IMG/VR virus record: IMGVR_UViG_3300042482_000702 | Coordinates: 186,001-250,000 of that record | Direction: 5' to 3' (one strand) | Length of the DNA stretch: 64,000 bases | Shown: piece after piece, positions 54,171 through 63,005 of the stretch | How positions within the stretch are numbered: the stretch's first letter is position 1 | How the letters are laid out: each line of letters starts with the position of its first letter | Notes under the pieces: generated by a model | The model's database searches: none | Seen by the model: only the letters and a program-made list of their open reading frames with translations | Told to the model about the DNA's origin: nothing | Program-made: the position numbers and the translations under genes

Positions 54171-55625
54171 TTATTTTAATTTACCCATTAAATCTTTCAT
54201 TCTAAGGAACTGAGGATTTTCATAAGTTTTTGATTCAATTAAGTTAATTGCTGAACCTGACAATGGTGCTTTTTGAATTGCTCTTTCCATTGATTCGTTC
54301 ATTGGTTGTGTAGTCTTAACTGAAAGTTCTTCTTTAAGATTTTGATATAAATTTTTAGATTCTTTAATAGTTTCAACACCATCAAATCTTCTTAAGATAT
54401 TTATTTTTTCTTGTTTAGATGTTGAGTGTTCAGTAAACAAACGAGTAGCGTAAGCTAAGTTTGAATTAAATACTGCAACTTCATTCAATTTATTTCTAAA
54501 TACATTAAGAGCTTTTCTATACTCTTCATTCTTTTCTCTAAGAATTGTTAATTCATTTGATTCTGTATTTTCAAATGTTAGATTTCTGTTAGGAGTAATT
54601 CCTTTTCTTAATCCTCTACCTGATTTAGAACCATTTCCGTATGTGTGAGCAGCTTCTTTAGTTTCTACTTTTTTAACGGACGCTTTTTTAACCGGTGCTT
54701 TTTTGATGTCTTTAAATTCTCCATCAAGGTTTTCACCCTCTTTGTATTCAAATTTAGCTTTACCTGTTCCAACTGATTTTGGTGCTTCTTTTTTCTTCAC
54801 ATCAAATCCTTTTCCTTGGTTTGGTTTAGCATCGTATTTGAATTTAGGACTTCCGATTCCAGTACCTTTAGGTTTGATAGTAGATTTTGATTCAAAAATA
54901 GATTCCTCTAATTCTTCTTCTTCGTCTTCTTCTTCCTCTTCGTCGTCTTCATCGTCGTCTTCTTGTTCGTCCAGTTCAATTTCATAAACTAATTCTTCAG
55001 ACTCATCGAATCCTTCGTATTCGTCTTCTTCATCTTCAAAATCACCTTCTTCTTCGTCATCAAAAGAAAATTCCTTTTCTTCGTCGTCGTTTCCAAACAT
55101 TCTTTCAACAATATCTTCAATAGACTCGCCTGATTCATTAAATTCTTCTGATTGCTCAAATTCATTATATTCTTCTTCACCTTCTGTAACAACCATATAT
55201 TCAGCATCGGTTTCGTTGTCTTTAATATTAATGTTACCAGAATCATCTTTAGTAACAACAATATTATCGTCCGGACCCATCAATTTGAATACACGTAAGA
55301 TTTCTTCGTCATCTTTAATGTTAGTTAGGTCGATAACATCTTCATCTTCATCATCTGAATCGTCATCGTCCATATCAAGGTTATCCATATCCATTTCATC
55401 ACCTTCTTCATCGTCAGACTCTTCGTCCTCCATGTCAGGTAATTCCATGTCAATGTCAGTTTCAATCTCATCTTCATCTTGTTCAGTTAGAGATTCTTTT
55501 ACTAGTTCGTTGATTTCTTCCTTCATAGTAGAAGCAAGTATTCCTTTTGCATTTTCAGCTACCGCTTCTTCCAAATTTTTCATTTGGATGATAGCTTCTT
55601 CAACTAAAGATTTTTCTTTTGCCAT
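54171..55625 (-). CDS. Prohead core/scaffold protein (gp22-like position) with very acidic central region
   Basis: Between protease and MCP; helical N- and C-termini; long D/E tracts. Confidence 0.75.
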   Translation of the reverse strand: MAKEKSLVEEAIIQMKNLEEAVAENAKGILASTMKEEINELVKESLTEQDEDEIETDIDMELPDMEDEESDDEEGDEMDMDNLDMDDDDSDDEDEDVIDLTNIKDDEEILRVFKLMGPDDNIVVTKDDSGNINIKDNETDAEYMVVTEGEEEYNEFEQSEEFNESGESIEDIVERMFGNDDEEKEFSFDDEEEGDFEDEEDEYEGFDESEELVYEIELDEQEDDDEDDEEEEEDEEEELEESIFESKSTIKPKGTGIGSPKFKYDAKPNQGKGFDVKKKEAPKSVGTGKAKFEYKEGENLDGEFKDIKKAPVKKASVKKVETKEAAHTYGNGSKSGRGLRKGITPNRNLTFENTESNELTILREKNEEYRKALNVFRNKLNEVAVFNSNLAYATRLFTEHSTSKQEKINILRRFDGVETIKESKNLYQNLKEELSVKTTQPMNESMERAIQKAPLSGSAINLIESKTYENPQFLRMKDLMGKLK

Positions 55626-55647
55626 TTGTTTTATGTTATTTTAATAT

Positions 55648-55720
55648 ATAAATATATGATATTATGAAAAAAGCACATTTGTACTAATATTCACAACATC
55701 TTTTTATTTATTAATAAATA
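55648..55720 (-). promoter_or_regulatory. Two TATTTAT motifs upstream of the scaffold-MCP operon
   Basis: ataaata at 55648-55654; palindrome tatttattaataaata at 55705-55720. Confidence 0.55.
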
Positions 55721-55740
55721 TCACAAAAATGTAAAAAACA

Positions 55741-55767
55741 AAAAAAGGAGACAAAATGTCTCCTTTT
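55741..55767 (-). terminator. Intrinsic terminator
   Basis: aaaaggagaca-aaa-tgtctcctttt hairpin. Confidence 0.85.
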
Positions 55768-55789
55768 AGTTTAATTAATTAAAATTTTT

Positions 55790-55999
55790 TTATTCTATAA
55801 CTTCGTTAATTTTACTCTCAACGATAGCGGTTATTCTCCACTCCATAGAATAATTTTCAAATACTTTAGTGACTTTCGCCTCTACGTCGGTGGGATTGTA
55901 ACCACTAACCAATTTTTCTTCTCTTAACTTTTTAAGTTTTCCTGTTTCAGTATCTACTGAATCCAATGTAATTTTTGCGATGAAATACTTTTCGTCCAT
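55790..55999 (-). CDS. Small DUF4494-like protein
   Basis: YFIAKI...GK.KK..E..LV......VEAKV resembles the Bacteroidota DUF4494 N-terminal pattern. Confidence 0.55.
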   Translation of the reverse strand: MDEKYFIAKITLDSVDTETGKLKKLREEKLVSGYNPTDVEAKVTKVFENYSMEWRITAIVESKINEVIE

Positions 56000-56013
56000 A
56001 ATGTTTAATTTTT

Positions 56014-56739
56014 TTAGTATCCTAAATAATCGTTTAATTTTTTCATTAAGTCAAGCGATTTGTTTCCAGATTCGCCAACTTGTCTTTCTATTTTCATTTT
56101 TTTCTCTTCTTCCAAATTTTCATCAAAATTAAATCTATCGTCAGGATTTTGAAAAAGGTATGCTCCCGGTGTTGATGGTGATGAAACTAAATCAAAACAG
56201 ATTAATTCAAAATCGTCTTGAACTTCATTTTGTTCCCCCACTTTTTTAAGAGACCCTACACCTCTTGAAGATATCCCCAATGTAACACCTTGTCTAAGAT
56301 AATTTGCAGCTAAATCACCTTTGGTTGACACAATCCCTCTTTCGTGGAAACCAGGGGATGTTAATAGTTTTATTTTACCCATTAAAACGGGTCCTTCCCA
56401 CCATATCTCTGTAATTGCGTGAGACACTCTATCTAAATCAATTAACGATGATTCTGGATGATTTAATTCAGAAAGGGCAGTGCCTTTGTTAATCATTTTT
56501 TTATAGTTCTCAGCTTCTCTTTTTAATATTCTTTCAGGATACAATCTACCATTTCTATTTGGTGTGTTATATTTCTGTAGAACAGCATAAAATTCAAAAG
56601 GTTTTGAGTGGTCTAAATCTTCTTTAGACTCTTTAATCATTGCGGCATTTTTCTTATCTGTCGGTGAAATAAACCCAGCATCTTCTTCAATTAATATTCC
56701 CCTCCCTATTTCATTTGGTTTTAAAATTGTTAAATTCAT
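56014..56739 (-). CDS. Prohead protease (T4 gp21-like)
   Basis: NRNGRLYP, ELNHP, VSH.I, GISSRGVGS, FDLVSSPSTPGA. Confidence 0.95.
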   Translation of the reverse strand: MNLTILKPNEIGRGILIEEDAGFISPTDKKNAAMIKESKEDLDHSKPFEFYAVLQKYNTPNRNGRLYPERILKREAENYKKMINKGTALSELNHPESSLIDLDRVSHAITEIWWEGPVLMGKIKLLTSPGFHERGIVSTKGDLAANYLRQGVTLGISSRGVGSLKKVGEQNEVQDDFELICFDLVSSPSTPGAYLFQNPDDRFNFDENLEEEKKMKIERQVGESGNKSLDLMKKLNDYLGY

Positions 56740-56750
56740 TTTGAATGTTT

Positions 56751-56762
56751 TATTTATAAATA
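56751..56762 (-). promoter_or_regulatory. TATTTATAAATA putative late promoter
   Basis: Palindrome 11 nt before the ATG at 56739. Confidence 0.6.
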
Positions 56763-57233
56763 TTAAACATTCTCAATTTGTACTGGTTCTTCTGACGATT
56801 TGATTTTTTTTGTTAGATAAAATTTAAAATTTTCATTTTCTAAAAAGTTATCTAAAAAGATTTGGTTAATAATTTCTTTTAGTGAATTTTTAATTTCATC
56901 AGATTTAAAGTCCATACCAATTTGAATTATAAAAAAATTAATTTCTAAATTCATAAAAGATTTTTTTCCGGTTGATAAACCGCTTGACCTTAAATCTAAA
57001 TCAACAATAAAATTTGCATCAAAAATTGTTTTGTCTAATGATTCATAGACTGAATGTTTTATACCTCTACTCATATTAAGAACTGTCCTTGTCCAGTTAT
57101 TAGATTCGTAGATTGGTTCTACCCATGTTTGAATGTTTAGGTAGAGAGATTTTAAACTCATTGAGTCCACTGTTCCGTATATTATTTTGGCAGTTTTAAA
57201 CCCATGAATTTGTGAGGTTTTCCCCTTTTTCAT
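56763..57233 (-). CDS. Hypothetical protein in the head module
   Basis: 156-aa ORF between bS21 and the protease. Confidence 0.65.
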   Translation of the reverse strand: MKKGKTSQIHGFKTAKIIYGTVDSMSLKSLYLNIQTWVEPIYESNNWTRTVLNMSRGIKHSVYESLDKTIFDANFIVDLDLRSSGLSTGKKSFMNLEINFFIIQIGMDFKSDEIKNSLKEIINQIFLDNFLENENFKFYLTKKIKSSEEPVQIENV

Positions 57234-57265
57234 TAATTTCCATATTTTCTCGTTTATTTTTTAAA

Positions 57266-57294
57266 AAAATAGGTGAAATTACCACAATAGTCAA
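57266..57294 (-). promoter_or_regulatory. sigma70-like promoter (TTGACT-17-TATTTT)
   Basis: agtcaa at 57289-57294 and aaaata at 57266-57271 on + strand; upstream of the 57233 gene. Confidence 0.5.
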
Positions 57295-57327
57295 AACTTT
57301 TTGAAAAGATGGGGATATATGTATTAT

Positions 57328-57522
57328 ATGTTAATAGTTAAATTAGATAAAAACACTACGATTGAGCGAGCTTTAAAACTTTATAAAAGTAAGGTAATAA
57401 AAACTCGACAAAGTTCTGAACTTGTTAAAAGAAAAGAATTTGTTAAAGAGTCTGTTATTAAAAGAGCTGAACTTTCTAAGGCAAAGTATGTCCAAAAGAA
57501 ATTTAAGTCAAATAACGATTAA
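57328..57522 (+). CDS. rpsU: Phage-encoded 30S ribosomal protein bS21 (64 aa; start 57328)
   Basis: MLIVKL....IERALK.YK.K...T....EL..RKEF.K.SV.KR....KA.Y.Q; bS21 pattern, Bacteroidota type, Tyr at position 54. Confidence 0.9.
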   Translation: MLIVKLDKNTTIERALKLYKSKVIKTRQSSELVKRKEFVKESVIKRAELSKAKYVQKKFKSNND

Positions 57523-58238
57523 AGAGTTTCGTTTAAACTTTTAAGTTTAAAATAAGTTAGTTTGTCGTATTTCTCAGATATTACCTTGGATAAGGTATCA
57601 TTGATTCTGCTATTAACTGAACTATCATCGGAGGTAGATTTCATTTTAGTTAATTTACTAACAACACTTTCTTTAATCACATTAAAATCTTCGTTAAGAG
57701 TACTATCATCTTCAGATAGTAATTTAAACAATTCGTCTTTATCTGATTCGTTTAAAGATTCAATGTAATTACTAATTGTTTGATTTGCAATACTAACCAT
57801 CGCTTTTAAAGGTATGTTAACACTTTCAGTTTTAGTGATAGGTAATTTTCTTAAAGTTTCTGAAATAATTTTTTTACTTTTAATTCTTGATTCGATTGTT
57901 AGAACATCTCTTGAAAATAATTTATCAATATTATCGTATGAGTCATTTGATTTAGAATCTTTAACCCATTCGTTTAATTTTTTAATTTCTGATGTAGATA
58001 TTTTGTTTACAGTGTTTTCATATATAGTGATACATTCGTTAATGTAATCACTCACATATGATTCCGACAATGCTTTCGGTGAATTTAATTCATCGTACAT
58101 ATAGAAAATTTTACTGATGTTTTTATTCTCTAACACCAATTTTTTAAAATTTTTTATTTCTTGTTTAAATGTTCCGTTATTATATGATTCTAATAACACA
58201 TTTTCTATTTTCGATTTTAATATACCAAACTTTGTCAT
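57519..58238 (-). CDS. Hypothetical helical protein downstream of portal (likely start 58238, MTKFG)
   Basis: Helical ORF with LLES, LSES, LNES, IKES; TATTTAT at 58254-58260 upstream. Confidence 0.65.
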   Translation of the reverse strand: MTKFGILKSKIENVLLESYNNGTFKQEIKNFKKLVLENKNISKIFYMYDELNSPKALSESYVSDYINECITIYENTVNKISTSEIKKLNEWVKDSKSNDSYDNIDKLFSRDVLTIESRIKSKKIISETLRKLPITKTESVNIPLKAMVSIANQTISNYIESLNESDKDELFKLLSEDDSTLNEDFNVIKESVVSKLTKMKSTSDDSSVNSRINDTLSKVISEKYDKLTYFKLKSLNETL

Positions 58239-58260
58239 TTTTCTTTTTTTATTATAAATA

Positions 58261-60126
58261 TCAATCATTTAGAAGTTTATTCAATTCAGTCTCAATATCT
58301 CCTAAAGAATTTCTAGATTTAGATAAATCAATATAAGAATCGTCATCGGTCATATTACCACTTTCCAATAAAATATTCCAATTTTCTTTTCTTTTAAATG
58401 ATTCTGGTGTTAGTTCACCTTCACCACCTGCTTCTGGTGCTGGTGGGAGTTCTTCACCTCCTAATGCAGGTTCTCCACCCAATTCTGATTCACCTCCAAA
58501 ATCACCTCCACCAAAACTTCCTCCACCGCCCGGTGGTGGTGGTGCTGGAACTTCAGCTGATTGTGTTGTTCCTGATTTACTACCATATAACTTATCAATA
58601 TTATCAAATATACCTGTGTGAGAAATTATTGTTGCTGTGTTAGTTAATTCAGCCCCAACAGCTTTTTCTATTCTTTGTTGTTGTAAATCTAATTTAATTT
58701 CATCATCAGAGAATCCTAATACGTGTTTTTTAGCCCAAGTAACAGATACAGGTGCAATACCTTCTATCGCCGTTACGGCATCTTTATACAATAATATTTT
58801 TTCTTTCCAAACATCAATTTTTAATAAATCTGCTTGGGTTGATGGATTAGTTAAACTTAATCTAAAGTTGGATAATTCATCTTCAAACCCTAATAAAAAT
58901 AAATGAACAATTGCTATTTTATTTAATTCGGCAATCATACATTTTTGTATTCTATTGATAGTTCTTGCAAAACGAATATCTTGTAATGATAAGTTTTTAC
59001 CATCTCCAACAGTTTCTTCAAATCCTAAAAATGCTTTAGGAACTCTAAGAGCTGTTAGTAATTTCTTTTGGATATATTCTATATCGGCAATTTCCGCCAA
59101 ATTCTGTGCTCCTGGTAATGTTTCTATTGGAGATGTCGCTGCTGGGTCACGAACAGGTATAAAATAATCTTGGTCAACAGCCATTTGATTAAATCTCATA
59201 TCCACATTTCCAGTTTTAGAATCAACAACTTGGTCTCTTTTAAATTTATTAGCAACTCTTTGTACGTATGGTTCAACATCTTTATCATCCATATTACCAA
59301 CAAACACTTTAAAAACTCTTCTTTCAGGTGCTCGCGATGTTCTATAAATTAACATTGCATCTTCAGATAATAATAATTGCTTCCAAATACGACGAGCCTT
59401 TTCTAACATAGAAGTACCATAAGGAAGTTTTCTATCATCACCTAATAATCTAAAATGAGCGACTTCCCAAGAGTTAAACTCCATATCTTTAGCTTTCCAC
59501 TTAAATCGTAATCCTTTGTTTTCTGCAGGTTCATCAACATTTGCCGATTTTGCTGCCATACCTCTTTCTAATCTCTCAATTTCTATGTTTGGTAATTGCA
59601 TACAACCAACAATTCCTTTTTCGGCGTCAAGTTTTAAATACACAAAATTATCACCATATTTACAAGTATTTCTTGTCCACATTGGTAAATTGGTGTTAAG
59701 GTCTAAAACATTATTAAATAAATCTGAAATAATTCCTTTTATCCTTTTTGACTCTGAATAAATTTGTAACATATGACCATTTTGGTCAACTGTGGTAGAT
59801 TCTTCACCATAGATATCTAAAGCTGCCGAAATTTCCGGTGTATATTCCATACTCTCATAATCATAAAATGATGCTAAACGAGTTGGTTCATAATAAACCG
59901 CTTGAGTGTATAAATTACTTTCAATTTTTGTCCACTGATTGGCTAGATAATATGTTTGTTGTGCCTGAAGTTTTTCTCGTTCATATTCGGCTTGGGAAGT
60001 AGTTTTTAATAATTCTTTTTTATCTAACTTATATGTTGGATAATCTTGATTTAAAAGAGCATTTGGACCAAAAGCTCTGGATAATCTTTGCCAAACAGTT
60101 AAGTCGTTATTTTGATTGTTTTCCAT
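58261..60126 (-). CDS. Portal protein (T4 gp20-like)
   Basis: Y..ME..PEI..ALDI..EE, HFRL, YG.S.LE.AR..W.QL.L.EDAM.IYR..RAPERRVF...VGN, DYFIP.R, IETLPGA.NL.EI.DIEY..KKL..AL.VP. Confidence 0.95.
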   Translation of the reverse strand: MENNQNNDLTVWQRLSRAFGPNALLNQDYPTYKLDKKELLKTTSQAEYEREKLQAQQTYYLANQWTKIESNLYTQAVYYEPTRLASFYDYESMEYTPEISAALDIYGEESTTVDQNGHMLQIYSESKRIKGIISDLFNNVLDLNTNLPMWTRNTCKYGDNFVYLKLDAEKGIVGCMQLPNIEIERLERGMAAKSANVDEPAENKGLRFKWKAKDMEFNSWEVAHFRLLGDDRKLPYGTSMLEKARRIWKQLLLSEDAMLIYRTSRAPERRVFKVFVGNMDDKDVEPYVQRVANKFKRDQVVDSKTGNVDMRFNQMAVDQDYFIPVRDPAATSPIETLPGAQNLAEIADIEYIQKKLLTALRVPKAFLGFEETVGDGKNLSLQDIRFARTINRIQKCMIAELNKIAIVHLFLLGFEDELSNFRLSLTNPSTQADLLKIDVWKEKILLYKDAVTAIEGIAPVSVTWAKKHVLGFSDDEIKLDLQQQRIEKAVGAELTNTATIISHTGIFDNIDKLYGSKSGTTQSAEVPAPPPPGGGGSFGGGDFGGESELGGEPALGGEELPPAPEAGGEGELTPESFKRKENWNILLESGNMTDDDSYIDLSKSRNSLGDIETELNKLLND

Positions 60127-60241
60127 CTTAATAATTTAAATATTTTTTTTTATTAATAAATAGTTTATAAGTTGGATTAAACTTGGTGGTTATTATTGTT
60201 ATCTACCATATTAAAATAATTATAGTTAATCATATATATTA

Positions 60242-62308
60242 TTAATAAGTTTTATTTAGTATAAAGATATCACTATAGATGTTGTTTCCTGTAGATGCAG
60301 CACCCCATTCAGCTGTAACATTTAATGTATTACTGATTGTTGTATCGAATGTTGTGTTATTCAATACGTTAAATCCGAATCCTTGGACAGAAGCATTGTT
60401 AGTTTTTGTGTAATGGAAACTACCTAAAGAAACAATTGATGCTACAGTAGTAGTTCCAACTTGTCTAATTGTAAAATCAACATTTAAAGACCACACATCG
60501 TCTACAACACTGCTTCCAAGAGATTGTACACCACTATCTAAAAGAATTGTAGACCCTGTTCTCATTCTAATTATAATAGTTTGATTATTGTTTGCATTCA
60601 TAACACCACCAAAAACTGCTCTAAAACTATCTCCAACACTAAAACCATTAGCAGGTACACTTAATGTACCAACTCCTGTACCAATTAAAGTTGATTCAGT
60701 TATTGTATCGCTCACAATAGTACTGTTAGCTGTTTGTACATATAGTCCATATACTAATGGTGCTGGAAAAACTGGTGAAGTACCACTAGAACCTGAAGAA
60801 CCACTCGTTCCCGAAGAACCGCTAGTTCCTGATGAACCATCAATCCCCGCAATTGCCGGTGATAATGTTGTTGTTACTTGTCCGATACTTGCATCGTTAA
60901 AGTACATTGTAAGTACTTTAGTGTAAGGTGAATTAATAGCTATACCATATAATTCTATAAGAATTCTATCTGACGGTACAATATTAGATGCCGGAATAGG
61001 TATTGACCATAGTTTTAAAGTAGGGACAAGGTAATTATCTATCGGGACAGGAATAGGTGTAGTTGTAGATAACAATGTAGTTGTTCCACCAGTATGATAC
61101 GCATATACTCTTGCATATATTCCGTGGTCAGCGTTTACTGCCGTAGTATTAACGTATAATTCAAAATTCCAATTTCCACCCACAATATTACTAATATTGG
61201 GGTCATTATTAGGTGTTATAAATGTCCCAAATAATTGTGCTGTTGTTCCTGATAATGTTTGAGATAAAGATGTTTGTCCGCTAATACTAATTACCCGGTT
61301 TAAATCATAATATGATGCACTTCCATCACCTTGGTTAGGTGTATCTCTATTGAAGTAATAAACTAACCCTGTTGAAAATCCGTTAATACCGCTTGTTCCT
61401 GATGAACCGCTTGGTCCCATAGAACCTGAATTCCCATTTACCCCACTCGTTCCCGATGAACCACTTGTTCCGCTTGAACCATTGGCCCCTGATGTTCCCG
61501 ATGAACCACTTGTTCCGCTTGAACCATTTCCACCTGCAGCACCTCCTAAATTAACGAGCCAAGATGAATAATTCCCCGAACCTACTATATTACTAATATC
61601 AACAACCATATCACCATTTGACGGGTTATAACTAACAACCATACCAATCATATGGTTTGAGAGGTCATAGGCTATAATTACGTCTTGAGCAATACTATAC
61701 CCTAAGTTAGTCCCAACAACAAAAGTCCCTGTACTTCCTGTTTGGATTGTTAAAGGTGTCGAAGATGTTGTTCTATATAAATCACCTGAAAAACCACTAG
61801 AACCTGATGAACCACTTGTTCCTGATGAACCTGATGTTCCACTTGAGCCGCTAGTCCCTGAAGTACCGTTAGTACCAACACATATTCCATTATCTATAAT
61901 GGTTGCGCCACCATCCGCAAATATCTCACCTGACATATAACAATCTGTATATGTCATTCCAGCACTTACCGTACCAATTTGAATGATGTAATTACAAGTT
62001 GTTCCTGTATAATTTATGGTGGTAATACCACCACTATTATCAATCGTATAACTTTTACAAGTTTGACCATTTATTCCCGATGTTCCACTAGTTCCCGATG
62101 TTCCACTAGTTCCTGATTCACCACTAGTTCCTGATTCACCACTTGTTCCCGATGAACCGCTAGCTCCCGAAAATTGTTGAGTTAAGGCTGAAAAATAAAT
62201 TGAATTGGTTTCTCCTGACGGGATAACATCGTAGTTTACAATAACCATCAACGAGTCTGATTGACCGGATGATACTAATGGTAATTGTGATATAGGTAAA
62301 TTAGGCAT
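60242..62308 (-). CDS. Fibre-like protein with Gly-X-Y Ser/Thr tracts; shares a globular domain with the 1856-aa fibre
   Basis: MPNLPISQLP start; four GTSGSS tracts; G.S.G.(I/V).YFN...FIT...P.DR(M/I).(V/I)..Y domain. Confidence 0.7.
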   Translation of the reverse strand: MPNLPISQLPLVSSGQSDSLMVIVNYDVIPSGETNSIYFSALTQQFSGASGSSGTSGESGTSGESGTSGTSGTSGTSGINGQTCKSYTIDNSGGITTINYTGTTCNYIIQIGTVSAGMTYTDCYMSGEIFADGGATIIDNGICVGTNGTSGTSGSSGTSGSSGTSGSSGSSGFSGDLYRTTSSTPLTIQTGSTGTFVVGTNLGYSIAQDVIIAYDLSNHMIGMVVSYNPSNGDMVVDISNIVGSGNYSSWLVNLGGAAGGNGSSGTSGSSGTSGANGSSGTSGSSGTSGVNGNSGSMGPSGSSGTSGINGFSTGLVYYFNRDTPNQGDGSASYYDLNRVISISGQTSLSQTLSGTTAQLFGTFITPNNDPNISNIVGGNWNFELYVNTTAVNADHGIYARVYAYHTGGTTTLLSTTTPIPVPIDNYLVPTLKLWSIPIPASNIVPSDRILIELYGIAINSPYTKVLTMYFNDASIGQVTTTLSPAIAGIDGSSGTSGSSGTSGSSGSSGTSPVFPAPLVYGLYVQTANSTIVSDTITESTLIGTGVGTLSVPANGFSVGDSFRAVFGGVMNANNNQTIIIRMRTGSTILLDSGVQSLGSSVVDDVWSLNVDFTIRQVGTTTVASIVSLGSFHYTKTNNASVQGFGFNVLNNTTFDTTISNTLNVTAEWGAASTGNNIYSDIFILNKTY

Positions 62309-62310
62309 AG

Positions 62311-62985
62311 TTAATTGATTAGAATTTTATTATTATTTTCTTGGTCTAATGTAAAATAATTCTCTTGTAATAAATAGTTTGTATCTTCAATTTGTGTGGG
62401 TGTGGGTGTGGGTGTTGGTGTTGGTGTTGGTGTTTCAGTATTTGTCGGAGTAGGAGTATTAGTTGGTGTTTGGGTGTTTGTCGGAGTAGGAGTATTAGTT
62501 GGTGTTTGAGTGTTTGTTGGTGTTTGAGTAGGCGTATTAGTTGGTGTTGGCGTATTAGTAGGCGTTGGTGGTGGTGGTAAATAACTTAAAACACAAGTCT
62601 TATTTAATTCAGTGATACATATAACATATTGACCATAATAATATTCTGTATAATATACATAGGGTAATACTACAGAACCTAAATCTATTGTACCTCCTGT
62701 TAGAGGGTTATAGGTTATATTTCCGCAATATCCGCTGTAATTATTTGTCGATATTGTAAATTTAGGTGTAGGAATTAATTCAAAACTACCAGTAAAATCA
62801 CAATCAATTATAAATGCCGGTGTTGGTGTTACCGGAATTTTACGGTAAGAATCATTATCTTGTTTACTACTTAATTTATTAAAACCTGGTGGGATAACCT
62901 GAACATTAAAGATATTTTGTCCATCAACAACTAGTCGTGAACCCCCAATAATATTCCCTGATTTTTTTCTATTAACAAATCCCAT
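62311..62985 (-). CDS. Virion protein with Thr-Pro tract and C-terminal YLLQE..LDQE motif
   Basis: (TPTNTP/TQTP)n; domain paralogous to 23813-24832; TATTTAT at 62999-63005 upstream. Confidence 0.65.
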   Translation of the reverse strand: MGFVNRKKSGNIIGGSRLVVDGQNIFNVQVIPPGFNKLSSKQDNDSYRKIPVTPTPAFIIDCDFTGSFELIPTPKFTISTNNYSGYCGNITYNPLTGGTIDLGSVVLPYVYYTEYYYGQYVICITELNKTCVLSYLPPPPTPTNTPTPTNTPTQTPTNTQTPTNTPTPTNTQTPTNTPTPTNTETPTPTPTPTPTPTQIEDTNYLLQENYFTLDQENNNKILIN

Positions 62986-63005
62986 CTTCTTTTAATTAAT
63001 AAATA

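Noticed and set aside
57301-57327. Longer bS21 start and a regulatory Shine-Dalgarno (GGGGA at 57311)
   Set aside because: bS21 homology begins at MLIV (57328); GGGGA is 12 nt away and too weak to claim
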